From: Sumerlaeia bacterium
GTDB lineage: Bacteria; Sumerlaeota; Sumerlaeia; SLMS01; JAHLLQ01
Direction: 5' to 3'
Length of the DNA: 64,000 nucleotides
Assembly (NCBI GenBank): GCA_040219255.1
Contig: JAVJSW010000001.1
Location: 37,250-101,249 of the forward strand
The number at the start of each line of letters is the position of its first letter. The first letter of the stretch is position 1. The position numbers and the translations under genes were made by a program. The notes under the pieces were generated by a model. It had not been told where the DNA came from. It saw nothing but the letters and a program-made list of their open reading frames with translations, and ran no database searches. Shown piece by piece: positions 34,336 to 43,981 of the stretch.

Positions 34336-36258
34336 ATGATTCACGAAGAAATGTCCCCCGCCACCGAAGACGCCGTGGCTGAAGAATACGCCACCAACGG
34401 CCAGGACGTCGCGCTCCGCGCCCCCCACGCCCTCCGCGGACAGCAAATGACCGGCGCCGACACCATCATCCAGGTCCTCGCCGACGAAGGCGTCGATGTC
34501 ATCTTCGGCTACAGCGGCGGCGCCATCCTGCCCACCTACGACGCCATTTTCCGCTACAACAAGAACCATCAGGAAGACCTCGAAAACCAAATCCGCCTCG
34601 TCGTCCCCGCCAACGAGCAGGGCGCCGGGTTCATGGCCGCCGGCTATGCCCGCGCCACCGGCAAAGTCGGCGTCTTCCTCGTCACCAGCGGCCCCGGCGC
34701 CACCAACTGCGTCACCCCCATCCGCGACTGCATGGCCGACAGCGTCCCCACCATCCTGATCTGCGGCCAGGTCCCCCGCCCCGCCATCGGCACCGACGCC
34801 TTCCAGGAAGCCCCCATCTTCAACATCATGAGCGCCTGCGCCAAGCACACCTTCCTGGTGACCAAACCCGAGGAACTGGAAGCCACCTTCCGCACCGCCT
34901 TTGAAATCGCCCGCAGCGGCCGCCCCGGCCCCGTCGTCATCGACGTCCCCAAGGACGTCCAGAACGCCCTGATGGAATACCAGGGCGACGGCGTGCTGGA
35001 ACTGCGCGGCTTCCAGAAGCGCATGGAAAACCTGCGCGCCGCCAAAGTCTCCAAGAAAAACCAGGCGTCCTTCTTCCAGATGCTCGGCGAATCCAAACGC
35101 CCCCTCATCTACGCCGGCGGCGGCGTCATCAACAGCGCCGGAGCCGCCGAAGAACTGCGCGCCTTCGCCAAGCGCTTCCAAATCCCAGTGGTGACCACCC
35201 TGATGGGCATCGGCGCCTACGACACCACCGACTCCCTCAGCCTCCACATGCTCGGCATGCACGGCGCCGCCTACGCCAACTACGCCGTCGAAGACTGCGA
35301 CATGCTCATCGCCGTCGGCAGCCGCTTCGACGACCGCGTCGCCGGCAAGGTTCTCGAGTTCGCCCCCCTGGCCCGCCACATCGCCCACCTCGACATCGAC
35401 GCCGCCGAAATCGGCAAGGTCAAGAACATCCACTGGAGCCATGTCGGCGACGCCGGTGCCGGCCTCAAGATGCTCCGCGAATACGGCGAGCAGATCGACT
35501 TCAAGCGCGACTTCTCCGCCTGGGTCCAGCACGCCGCCGAACTCCGCGCGAATCACGCCTTCAACTTCGACCGCGAATCCGCCATGCTCCAGCCCTACGA
35601 AGTCCTCGAAGCCCTCAACCGCATCACCAAAGGCGAAGCCATCGTCTCCACCGGCGTCGGCCAGCACCAGATGTGGGCCGCCCAGTACATCGACTACAAG
35701 CACCCCCGCTCCTGGCTCACCAGCGGATCCATGGGCACCATGGGCTTCGGCCTCCCCGCCGCCATCGGCGCCAAAATCGCACGCCCCGACAAAATCGTCA
35801 TCAACGTCGACGGCGACGGATCCATCCGTATGAACATCGGCGAACTTGAAACCGCCACCACCTACGGCGCCAACATCAAGGTCCTTCTCCTCAACAACGA
35901 GGGCGACGGCATGGTGCGCCAGTGGCAAAAACTCTTCTTCGACGAACGCTTCTCCGGCACCGACAAGACCATGCACACCAAGGACTTCGTCAAAGCCGCC
36001 GAAGCCGACGGCTACCGCTTCGCCAAACGCCTCGAACTCTACGACCGCGAAAACCTCGAGCAAGTCCTCCAGGAATTCGTCGCCTTCGACGAAGGCCCCG
36101 CCTTCCTCGAAGTCCGCATCGACCCCGACGCCTGCGTCTTTCCCATGGTCGGCCCCGGCAAAGGCTACAAAGACATGATCGTCGGCCCCCACATCACCCC
36201 CCGCGACGCCGCCGCCGCCCAAGAAGCCAAGGGCGCCGAAGCCGCCGACCTCTTCTAA
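34336..36258 (+). CDS. ilvB: Acetolactate synthase (acetohydroxyacid synthase) large catalytic subunit, biosynthetic type
   Basis: TPP enzyme blocks (GYSGGAILP, GPGATN, ThDP motif GDGSIRMNIGELETA...NNEGDGMVRQWQ); start assigned to ATG 34336 (track ORF extends upstream to 34123 in the same frame). Confidence 0.9.
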   Translation: MIHEEMSPATEDAVAEEYATNGQDVALRAPHALRGQQMTGADTIIQVLADEGVDVIFGYSGGAILPTYDAIFRYNKNHQEDLENQIRLVVPANEQGAGFMAAGYARATGKVGVFLVTSGPGATNCVTPIRDCMADSVPTILICGQVPRPAIGTDAFQEAPIFNIMSACAKHTFLVTKPEELEATFRTAFEIARSGRPGPVVIDVPKDVQNALMEYQGDGVLELRGFQKRMENLRAAKVSKKNQASFFQMLGESKRPLIYAGGGVINSAGAAEELRAFAKRFQIPVVTTLMGIGAYDTTDSLSLHMLGMHGAAYANYAVEDCDMLIAVGSRFDDRVAGKVLEFAPLARHIAHLDIDAAEIGKVKNIHWSHVGDAGAGLKMLREYGEQIDFKRDFSAWVQHAAELRANHAFNFDRESAMLQPYEVLEALNRITKGEAIVSTGVGQHQMWAAQYIDYKHPRSWLTSGSMGTMGFGLPAAIGAKIARPDKIVINVDGDGSIRMNIGELETATTYGANIKVLLLNNEGDGMVRQWQKLFFDERFSGTDKTMHTKDFVKAAEADGYRFAKRLELYDRENLEQVLQEFVAFDEGPAFLEVRIDPDACVFPMVGPGKGYKDMIVGPHITPRDAAAAQEAKGAEAADLF

Positions 36259-36337
36259 ACCATCGTCCCCGTTCGCAATCCCGCCAACCGGCGGAACGCG
36301 AACCCGCAAGGCCCCATCCCCCGCCAAAACGCCACCG

Positions 36338-36382
36338 CCCCGGCAAAGCCTTCGCGCTTCGCCGGGGCGGTTATCGTTTTTT
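36338..36382 (+). terminator. Intrinsic terminator after ilvB
   Basis: ccccggc...gccgggg GC-rich hairpin followed by CGTTTTTT. Confidence 0.7.
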
Positions 36383-36869
36383 CAGGAACCCTTCCCCGAA
36401 AAGGACAGAGCTTTCCCACAGATCATCAGGTCTCTGACGCGAGAATCCTGATGAAGCCATACAAGTTCAACAAAACAACTTCTCGTTCAGATCGTTACCC
36501 AACCCGCTTTTCTCTGAGAATCGACACACTCACCGATCGCTCCCTCTTGCTATCGGCCTTCGGCCGATCCGCCGAGCAACGGGCCGGGGTTTCGAGAGTC
36601 ACCCGCACAAGCCTTCGCCCCCCCAAGATTGTCCTGCCTATCTCTCCTGTCCCCAATCTTCTCTGCGCCCTCTGTGACTCTGTGGTGAGTTCTAAAGGAA
36701 CCGGGAGCTTCGAGACCTCCGCGCCCCGGCACTAAGTGCAACATGTGTAACTTGTCTATCTTGTACCCGAGTCTCCACATGAGAGGACAAACGGAAAGGC
36801 TTGTGATCTCATGCCCTCGCACTCACCGACCGGAGCCCTCGAGCCATGACCCTCAAGCCCTCAGCCACC

Positions 36870-37554
36870 CTACCCCTGCTTGCCCTCGATCAGGCACAGC
36901 AGCGTCGCCGCCGCCGCCCCCAGCCGCCGGTCCAGCCAACCGTGCGTGTCTTGCGAAAAATCCGCCGTCAGCTTCATGAGGAACGGATTGAAATTCTGCT
37001 TCATGAACCCCACCGGATGGCCGTTGATCGTGAAGTTGTACTGCTGGCTGAGGCACGAACAGCGACACAAAATCCACGAACCGCCGCAGCAGCGCCGTCA
37101 GCAAGCTGTCTTCCTGGATGATGCCGATGGGCTGGTCGTTCAGGTCCCAAATCTGCCATTCATCGCGCGCGATCGACTTCATCCCCATGCGCCGCAGCGC
37201 CCCGATCTTCACCTCGGGGCCCGTCGAAACGTCGAAGATGTCGAAGGTCACGCCGATGTCGAACACCTGCCGCGCCCGCATCCGCAGCAGCGGCTGGCTC
37301 AACGCCTCGTCGCCATACACGGTCAGGTCTTCCTTCAGCTTGAAAGCCTTCTGCTTGCACTTGAGCAGCAGCTCACCGCTCTCGCTGAAAACATTCGCCT
37401 CGGCGCCGAAGATCTTGAAGAACTTCCGCCTAATCAGGAACTTGTGGTGCTGGAAATGGGGGTGCAACTGGGCGAAGTGGGGCTGAGGAACCTCCGGGGG
37501 CATCTGGCCCGGGGGCACGTTTTGCGGGGCGCTGGGCGCGGCTTCCAAACTCAT
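36870..37554 (-). pseudogene. YxjI / LURP-one-related (DUF567, tubby-C/scramblase-like) family gene interrupted by a 1-nt frameshift near 37100
   Basis: N-terminal about 150 aa in frame of ORF 36853..37554 (FLIRRKFFKIFGAEANVF...WQIWDLNDQPIGIIQEDSLL) then family-conserved C-terminus continues in another frame (..SWILCRCSCLSQQYNFTINGHPVGFMKQNF...LLCLIEGKQG*, ends 36870); the in-frame continuation of the first frame is low-complexity junk. Confidence 0.55.
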
Positions 37555-37728
37555 AATCGGACCTCGTGTCTCTTTGATAAATTTTTCAGGCTACGAATGC
37601 CGATGAAATCGTTTATTCCAGCCGCCGGATCAAGCTGGAAAAGCTCCCACTTCCCCCTTGCCGCGCACCGGAAATCAGAGTCTATGAGTCACCGATTCGA
37701 TCCCACAGGAAAGACTAGGCCTCCCCTC

Positions 37729-38346
37729 ATGACAAAGCCAAAAGCTTTCACACTCATTGAACTGCTAATCGTTGTCGCAATTATCGCCATTCTCGCCGCC
37801 ATCGCCGTCCCCAACTTCCTCGAAGCCCAGACCCGCGCCAAAGTCAGCCGCGCCACCACCGATCTGCGCACCATCGCCACCGCCATCGAAGCCTACGCCG
37901 TCGACAACGGCAAGTACCCCACCATGATCGATCCCGGCTTCCCCGGCGGCGTCGCCCCCCTCGCCGGTTCCGACCTCAAATGGTGGTACGTGCCCGACGC
38001 CCTTTCGACCCCCATCGCCTACATCACCGATGCCAATCTGCGCTGCCCCTTCGGCGGCAACACGGACCGCAAGAACGACTTCCCCGATGAGATCTGGCGC
38101 CGTTACAGCTACGAAAACATCCCCGAACTGATGGGCAAGCGCGACGCCTTCCCGATCCTGCAGAACCGCTACCGCGACGAAGCCCTCGCCTGGAGCGGCC
38201 AATGGCGTCTGAACTGCGTCGGACCCGACAACATCTGGAACCCCTCGCGCGCCTACGATCCCACCAACGGCACCGTCAGCGAAGGCGACATCATCCGCAG
38301 CCAAGTCAGCACCCAAGGCAACGCCAACCCCGACACCTTGCCTTGA
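37729..38346 (+). CDS. Prepilin-type N-terminal cleavage/methylation domain protein (type IV pilin/pseudopilin-like)
   Basis: MTKPKAFTLIELLIVVAIIAILAAIAVPNF: class-III signal peptide with short leader and hydrophobic helix; about 205 aa. Alternative upstream Met at 37684. Confidence 0.8.
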   Translation: MTKPKAFTLIELLIVVAIIAILAAIAVPNFLEAQTRAKVSRATTDLRTIATAIEAYAVDNGKYPTMIDPGFPGGVAPLAGSDLKWWYVPDALSTPIAYITDANLRCPFGGNTDRKNDFPDEIWRRYSYENIPELMGKRDAFPILQNRYRDEALAWSGQWRLNCVGPDNIWNPSRAYDPTNGTVSEGDIIRSQVSTQGNANPDTLP

Positions 38347-38378
38347 CCCCCTTCTCTCAACCGTGAAACCGCACTCCC

Positions 38379-40154
38379 ATGATGAACGCGGCCCCCTCTG
38401 AGAAAGAAAAAAGCCTGATGCGGCGGTTCCTGCTCGGAGCCGTCGCCTTCGCCATCCTTTGGGTCGTGGTGGGAGCCTTCGCCCTCAAGCTCAACCGCGA
38501 CGAAGCCCAGCTCCTCTCCGTCGCCTGGCACATGGCCCAGGGCGAACGCCTCTACCTCGACATCTGGGACAACCATGGGCCCCTGCCCATGGTGGCCGCC
38601 TCCCTCTGGTTCCGCGCCGTCGCCTGGGAGAGCTACGCCATCCTCTACGTCTTCCGGGGCTTCGGCCTCGCGATGCTGCTGGCGGGCGCCTGGCTGCTCT
38701 GGCGCCTCGCCCGGCGCATCCTCCCCGCCCCCGAGTGGACCGCCCCGCTGACCGTACTCTTCTATCTGGCGTCCGTCATCACCGGCGAGATGGGCTTTCA
38801 GATTCGCTCCGACACGCCACTCACCCTCATCTGGATCGCCAGCCTGCTCCTCTATTTCCGCGCTCGAGATAAGGCCCGATGGCCCCATTGGCTCCTGGCC
38901 GGCGCCGTCATCGGCCTAGGTTTCACATGCAGCGTCAAGACCCTCATCCTCGGCTTCACCGTCGGCCTGATGTTCGTGGCGGAGACGATCTGGCACCGGC
39001 GCCTGATGTGGAAGGAGCTGCTGCTCTACGGGGCCGGCGCCGCCATTTCGACAGGCCTGCTCCTCCTCGCCCTTCGTTTGTTCGGCGTGTGGGACATTTT
39101 TTTCGAGACTGTCTTCGGCCAGAACTTCGACCGCGAGGCCGAGCCCCCCAGCTACGGCTGGGATCAGTACCGGGGCTACGACAGCGTTGGCTCCATCGTC
39201 CTGCTTCTCGCCCTGGCCTACACCTGGGTTCAGGCCGCGCGGCGCCGCGTGCCTCTGCTGGTGCTGCTGTTATCCTTGCCCATGGCGTTCTTGATTTTCC
39301 AGTTTGTCGTCCTCTTACCGACCAAGTACCCGCAAAGCCTGACCACCATGATTCCGCCCGCCGCCCTGGTTTGCGCCTGGGTCGCCTGGGACTTGGCGAC
39401 TCGGATTCCGCGGGCCTCCTGGAAGCCCTTCCAGCGCCTTTCCCCCGCCCGATGGGCGATGGGCGCCCTCACGGTTTTCGCCCTCGCCATACCGTTCCGC
39501 GTGGACTATTTCGAGGACGACCGGCTGGCCACTCAAGTCCAATGGGGACAAAGGCTCCTGGCCAACACGCCGCCGGACACCACCGTCTTCGACGCCGACG
39601 GCCATCCCTTCTTCCGCGTCCACCCCGGTCCCTTCAAGTGCATCGTCAACACCATCCGCGACCGCGTCGAAGGCGGACAGTTCGACACCACCTTCCCTCA
39701 GATTATCGACGAGCACGACATCCAGTACGCCGTCATTGGCTCGCGGTTCGCCAAAGTCAAGAAAGAGACACTTCGCTTCCTCGAAGCCAACTACCTGCCC
39801 GCCAAAGGCCCCGCGCCCCTCTTTGCCGCCGGCAAAGTCATCGGTGAACCGGGCGAATTTCCCCTCCTGATCGCTGGCGAATACCACTGGGGCCTCTTCG
39901 ACGACGCCGCCAACCCCATCACCACCGCCACGCTGACTCTCAACGGCCAACAGCCGCCCAATCCCACTGTACTTGGCGACGGCACGCACAGCGCCTCCTT
40001 CCCCGAGTGGGCGCGGCTGGTCATCTATCGGACCCCGCCAGAGAACTGGGGGAACTGGCATCGCGCCCTCACCCGGGAAATGCCCCACGACAACAAGCGG
40101 AAACTCAAGAAGTACCATGAGAAGGTCTGGCAGGAAGACATTCTCTACTACTGA
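38379..40154 (+). CDS. GT-C-fold membrane glycosyltransferase-like protein, second DE/HGP (TIGR03663-like, PMT/ArnT-related) paralogue
   Basis: 591 aa; about 11 N-terminal TM helices with ...NRDEAQLLSVAWH...IWDNHGPLPMV (DE + HGP invariants as in 13679..16330); C-terminal soluble domain; starts 33 nt after pilin stop. Confidence 0.7.
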   Translation: MMNAAPSEKEKSLMRRFLLGAVAFAILWVVVGAFALKLNRDEAQLLSVAWHMAQGERLYLDIWDNHGPLPMVAASLWFRAVAWESYAILYVFRGFGLAMLLAGAWLLWRLARRILPAPEWTAPLTVLFYLASVITGEMGFQIRSDTPLTLIWIASLLLYFRARDKARWPHWLLAGAVIGLGFTCSVKTLILGFTVGLMFVAETIWHRRLMWKELLLYGAGAAISTGLLLLALRLFGVWDIFFETVFGQNFDREAEPPSYGWDQYRGYDSVGSIVLLLALAYTWVQAARRRVPLLVLLLSLPMAFLIFQFVVLLPTKYPQSLTTMIPPAALVCAWVAWDLATRIPRASWKPFQRLSPARWAMGALTVFALAIPFRVDYFEDDRLATQVQWGQRLLANTPPDTTVFDADGHPFFRVHPGPFKCIVNTIRDRVEGGQFDTTFPQIIDEHDIQYAVIGSRFAKVKKETLRFLEANYLPAKGPAPLFAAGKVIGEPGEFPLLIAGEYHWGLFDDAANPITTATLTLNGQQPPNPTVLGDGTHSASFPEWARLVIYRTPPENWGNWHRALTREMPHDNKRKLKKYHEKVWQEDILYY

Positions 40155-40165
40155 CTCGTCCAGAG

Positions 40166-41686
40166 TTAGATCGCCTTGGCCGCCAGCGCGTCCTGGAGCC
40201 ATTGCGCCACCAGCCGCACACCGAAGCCACTGGCTCCCGGCCGCAGGAACCGGAAGCCCTTTGGCGCCAGGGCCGGACCCGCCAGGTCCACATGGGCCCA
40301 GCGTACGCCCTCCGGCACGAAGGCCTTCAGGAAGTTCGCCGCGTGGATCGCTCCGCCGTCGGCGCCGAGCTGGCTGATGTTGTTCATGTCCGCCAGCGGA
40401 TGTCTCAGCGAAGACTCGTATTCTTTCCAGAGGGGCAGCCTCCAGAGCGTATCGCCCGAATCTCCAGCCGCTTTGAGCAGCGACGCGGAGAGCGCCTCGT
40501 CGTCGGTGAAGAGCGCCGCCATGCTCGGCCCCAGCGCCCGCACCGCCGCGCCGGTCAGCGTGGCGAAGTCGATCATCACCTGGGCCTTTTCCTCGCCCGC
40601 GCGGTGGAACGCGTCCGCCAGAATCAACCGCCCCTCGGCGTCCGTGTTTCCGATAAAGACTGTCTTGCCGGACTTGTGCGTCAGGATGCAGCCGGGCTGG
40701 TAAGCCGCCGCGTCGATGGCGTTGTGGGCACTCGGGATGATCGCCGTGACGCGCACCGGCAGTTCCATCGAAGCGATCGCCTGCATCGCCCCGAGCACAG
40801 TGGCCGCGCCTCCCATGTCGCCGTTCATGTGCGGCATGGACTCGCGCGTCTTGATGCTGTACCCGCCCGAATCGTAGGTCATGCCCTTACCCACCAGCAC
40901 GACGTGCGGCAGGCCCTTGCGCGCGTTCTTGGGCGCGTAGCGCAGCACCACCATCCGCGGCGGGTACTCGCTGCCCCGGCCGACGTTCCAGAGCAGCCGG
41001 TAATCCTGGCGCTGGATCGCTTCCTCGTCGAGAACCGTCGCGCCGAGCTGATGGTATTCCGCCAGACGAAGCGCCTCATCCGCCAGCTCTTCAGGCGTCA
41101 GGATGTTATGCGGCGCGTTGACCAGCAGGCGGGCCAGCGAAATGCCTTCGCAGATACCCTGGCGCCGCTTCAGCGCGGCCTCCACGAACCGCTTCCGCTC
41201 CTTGTCCACCACGAAAACCAGCTTGATCACGGGCCGCGTTTCCGTCTTGGACTTGAAGCGCTCATCGGTGAAATCGCCCAGCGCCGCACCCTCGAACAGA
41301 TCCGCCGCCAAATCCGCGGCATCGCCATTGCCGGAAGACAACATCACCTGGAGCCGCTCGACGCCCTGGCGCCGGGCCAGATCGATCACTCGGGCCATGG
41401 CGGCCTTGCGGCCCTCGACCCCCGGCAGCCAATTGCCCAGCGTCACCGAGTCCAGCAGCAGCATTGGCGCCGCCTCCGCCGCATCGCGCGGCAAGACCGC
41501 CACAACGGACGATTGGCAGGTTCCGGTTTCGATTTTCTCGGCGAATTCGCGCAGGAGACCCTCGATCGGTTCGCCCACGCCCGTGGGCCATGCACCGCTG
41601 CCGTGGAGCGCCACGATGGCGTCCGCGGAAAGCGGTTTGCCGCCACGCGCTTTGACCTCGGCCAAGACGGATAAGGAGGAGAGCAT
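40166..41686 (-). CDS. pepA: Leucyl aminopeptidase (M17 family)
   Basis: 506 aa; M17 signature VGKGMTYDSGGYSIK, NTDAEGRL, metal ligands conserved. Confidence 0.9.
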   Translation of the reverse strand: MLSSLSVLAEVKARGGKPLSADAIVALHGSGAWPTGVGEPIEGLLREFAEKIETGTCQSSVVAVLPRDAAEAAPMLLLDSVTLGNWLPGVEGRKAAMARVIDLARRQGVERLQVMLSSGNGDAADLAADLFEGAALGDFTDERFKSKTETRPVIKLVFVVDKERKRFVEAALKRRQGICEGISLARLLVNAPHNILTPEELADEALRLAEYHQLGATVLDEEAIQRQDYRLLWNVGRGSEYPPRMVVLRYAPKNARKGLPHVVLVGKGMTYDSGGYSIKTRESMPHMNGDMGGAATVLGAMQAIASMELPVRVTAIIPSAHNAIDAAAYQPGCILTHKSGKTVFIGNTDAEGRLILADAFHRAGEEKAQVMIDFATLTGAAVRALGPSMAALFTDDEALSASLLKAAGDSGDTLWRLPLWKEYESSLRHPLADMNNISQLGADGGAIHAANFLKAFVPEGVRWAHVDLAGPALAPKGFRFLRPGASGFGVRLVAQWLQDALAAKAI

Positions 41687-41713
41687 ACGGATCGCAGCCT
41701 CTGTGTTCAGAAA

Positions 41714-42205
41714 TTAGCGCTTCATGTTTTCGAAGGACAGCGGCCGCTCATAGTCGGCATCCTTGAGCAGCGCGATGACCTGCTGCAAGTCGTCGATCTG
41801 CTTGCCTTCGACGCGGACCTGGTCGCCCTGGATCGAGGTCTTGACCTTCAGCCCGCTGTCCTTGATGCGCTTGGTGATGTCTTTGGCGGTCTCTTTGTCG
41901 AGACCCTCGTGCATCTTGGCGTTGATGCGGATGGCGCCCAGGGAAGCGTCCTCGCGGTGCTCCCAGTCGAAGGTCTTCATCGAGACGCCCTGATCGTTGA
42001 GGGAACCGAGGACGATCTCGCGCACCGCCTTCAGCTTCATCTCGTCGGGCACGACCACCAGCAGTGTCTTGGTTTTCTTGTTCAACTCCAGCGTCACGTC
42101 GACGCCCTTGAAGTCGTAGCGCTGGGCGATCTTGCGGTTCGCCGTGTTGATGGCGTTGTCAACGAGCTGCAGGTCCGGTTTACAGACAATATCGAAAGTC
42201 GGCAT
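41714..42205 (-). CDS. yajQ: YajQ-family nucleotide (c-di-GMP)-binding protein (UPF0234)
   Basis: 163 aa; MPTFDIVCKPDLQLVDNAINTA...YDFKGVDVTLELNKK: full-length match to YajQ family. Confidence 0.85.
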   Translation of the reverse strand: MPTFDIVCKPDLQLVDNAINTANRKIAQRYDFKGVDVTLELNKKTKTLLVVVPDEMKLKAVREIVLGSLNDQGVSMKTFDWEHREDASLGAIRINAKMHEGLDKETAKDITKRIKDSGLKVKTSIQGDQVRVEGKQIDDLQQVIALLKDADYERPLSFENMKR

Positions 42206-42418
42206 CGTCGCTCAGGGCTCCCTGCTTTCGTCGAACACGCCCATGAAAAAGAACAGGGCGGTGACGAGGATGAACGATCCAAAAAAGAAAACACCGAAGT
42301 AGATCACAATGCGGCCTCGCACATGGAATTTCTCGGCCCGCACCGTGTCGATGGGCACCCTGCGGCGGCAATGCGAAAGACGTTGCCCCGCAAGAGAAAG
42401 CGCAGCCAAGGTGGCGCG

Positions 42419-43504
42419 ATGAACGATGCCTCCCTTTCTTTCCTCAAACGCCTTCTCGACGTGCCCTCCCCCTCGGGCTTCGAAGAACCGGCTCAGGCCA
42501 TCTGGAGCGACGAGGTCCGCCAGTTTGTCCCCGACATCCGACGCGGCGTCCACGGCGACGTCTACGCCGTCCTGCCGGGCCGGGGCGCCGGACTCTCCGT
42601 TGCCCTGATGGGTCATGCCGACGAAATCGGCCTCATCGTCCGCTTCATCTCCGAGGACGGCCTGCTCTACGTCGCAGGGATCGGCGGCGTGGACGTGACC
42701 CTGCTGCCGGGCGAGCGCGTCCGATTCCAGGGCCTCAAGGGCGAAGTCCACGGCGTGGTCGGCAGTCTCGCCATTCATCTCAAGACCGCCGAACAACGCA
42801 AGAAATCCGCGAACGACTGGAACGGCATCTGGGTCGACCTCGGCGCCAAATCCCGCGAGGAAGCGCTGACGCTGGTGGCCGTGGGAACTCCCGGGGTCTT
42901 CGGCGGCGGAGGCTTTCAGGAACTGCCCAACGGCCGGGCCATCGCCCGCTGCTGGGACAATCGCATCGGCTGCTTCATCGTCGCCGAGGTCCTGCGCCGC
43001 CTGGCCAAGGACGGCGAATCCGAGGTCCTCCCCACTGTTTTCGGCATCAGCACCGCTCAGGAGGAAATCTGCGGCCGGGGCGCCCAGACCATCCTGCACG
43101 GCATCAATCCCCACTTCGCCCTCGTTTACGATGTCACTCACGCCACCGACACGCCCGATTGCGACAAGCGCCGCCACGGCGACATACGCCTCGGTGCCGG
43201 CGGCGCCATCACCGTTGGCGTGCTGACAAACAACGCCCTGACCGCGGCCGTTCAGGCCTGCGCCAAGCGTCATGGCATTCCCCTGCAAACGGAAGCCGAC
43301 AACGGCAAATCCAGCACCGACGCCGACCAGGTCTCCATCGTCCGCGCCGGAATTCCCGTGGCCGTCATGGGCTGCCCCCTGCGGTACATGCACACGGCCA
43401 GCGAAATCGCCCAATTGAGCGACATCGATGCCCTGATCGATGTCACCGTGGCGTTCTTGAAGGACCTGACGGAGGGCTTCCCGCTCTTCGCCGAGCAGGG
43501 ATAA
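42419..43504 (+). CDS. M42-family aminopeptidase (FrvX/CelM-like)
   Basis: Starts MNDASLSFLKRLLDVPSPSGFE (typical M42 N-terminus); GHADEIG, metal-binding blocks; track ORF 41909..43504 starts too far upstream. Confidence 0.85.
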   Translation: MNDASLSFLKRLLDVPSPSGFEEPAQAIWSDEVRQFVPDIRRGVHGDVYAVLPGRGAGLSVALMGHADEIGLIVRFISEDGLLYVAGIGGVDVTLLPGERVRFQGLKGEVHGVVGSLAIHLKTAEQRKKSANDWNGIWVDLGAKSREEALTLVAVGTPGVFGGGGFQELPNGRAIARCWDNRIGCFIVAEVLRRLAKDGESEVLPTVFGISTAQEEICGRGAQTILHGINPHFALVYDVTHATDTPDCDKRRHGDIRLGAGGAITVGVLTNNALTAAVQACAKRHGIPLQTEADNGKSSTDADQVSIVRAGIPVAVMGCPLRYMHTASEIAQLSDIDALIDVTVAFLKDLTEGFPLFAEQG

Positions 43505-43513
43505 AACGGAACC

Positions 43514-43981
43514 TCAGTAAACCCAGGGAACGAGCAGCTTCGTCCGAGCCGCCCAGGCGGCGTGCCGGGGACCAAAGGCTTGCCCCAGAAGGCGATCCTC
43601 GAGCCTAGTCTGCTGAACGACGCAGGCAACCGCCAGCAGCCACAATCCCCACGCCAGACCATCCCCCGCCAGGCCTGCGAATCCTGTCAGCATCACCAGA
43701 TCGCCCAAATACATCGGGTGCCGCACCCAACGCAGCAGCCCCCCGCCGGTCACCAGTTCGGAGGGCCGGCCAAGGGCGCGGGCCTTGCGCTTGAGAATGA
43801 CGTAATGAGAAAGCTCGATCGATCCCCCCGCCACCGCCAGCCCGGCTCCCGCGGCATAGGGCGGCGCCAGCAACTCTCGGCCGAGCGGGATGCCCGGCAC
43901 CCCCATCGAGGCCGCGGCGCCATAGCCGATCAGGCCCAGGCTCAGCCCCAACTTGGCCCACCAGGCGGGCGATGCGCTCAT
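43514..43981 (-). CDS. Isoprenylcysteine carboxyl methyltransferase (ICMT/PEMT)-family membrane methyltransferase
   Basis: 155 aa, 3-4 TM, RHPMYLG motif typical of ICMT/NnrU family. Confidence 0.7.
   Translation of the reverse strand: MSASPAWWAKLGLSLGLIGYGAAASMGVPGIPLGRELLAPPYAAGAGLAVAGGSIELSHYVILKRKARALGRPSELVTGGGLLRWVRHPMYLGDLVMLTGFAGLAGDGLAWGLWLLAVACVVQQTRLEDRLLGQAFGPRHAAWAARTKLLVPWVY

Noticed and set aside
36590-36612. tRNA T-loop-like string (GGTTTCGAGAGTC) in the long intergenic region
   Set aside because: No flanking acceptor/T-stem complementarity and no cloverleaf could be built.
36451-36735. 94-aa plus-strand ORF in the long intergenic spacer
   Set aside because: Ser/Arg/Thr-rich low-complexity translation, no RBS, atypical codon usage; not credible as a protein.
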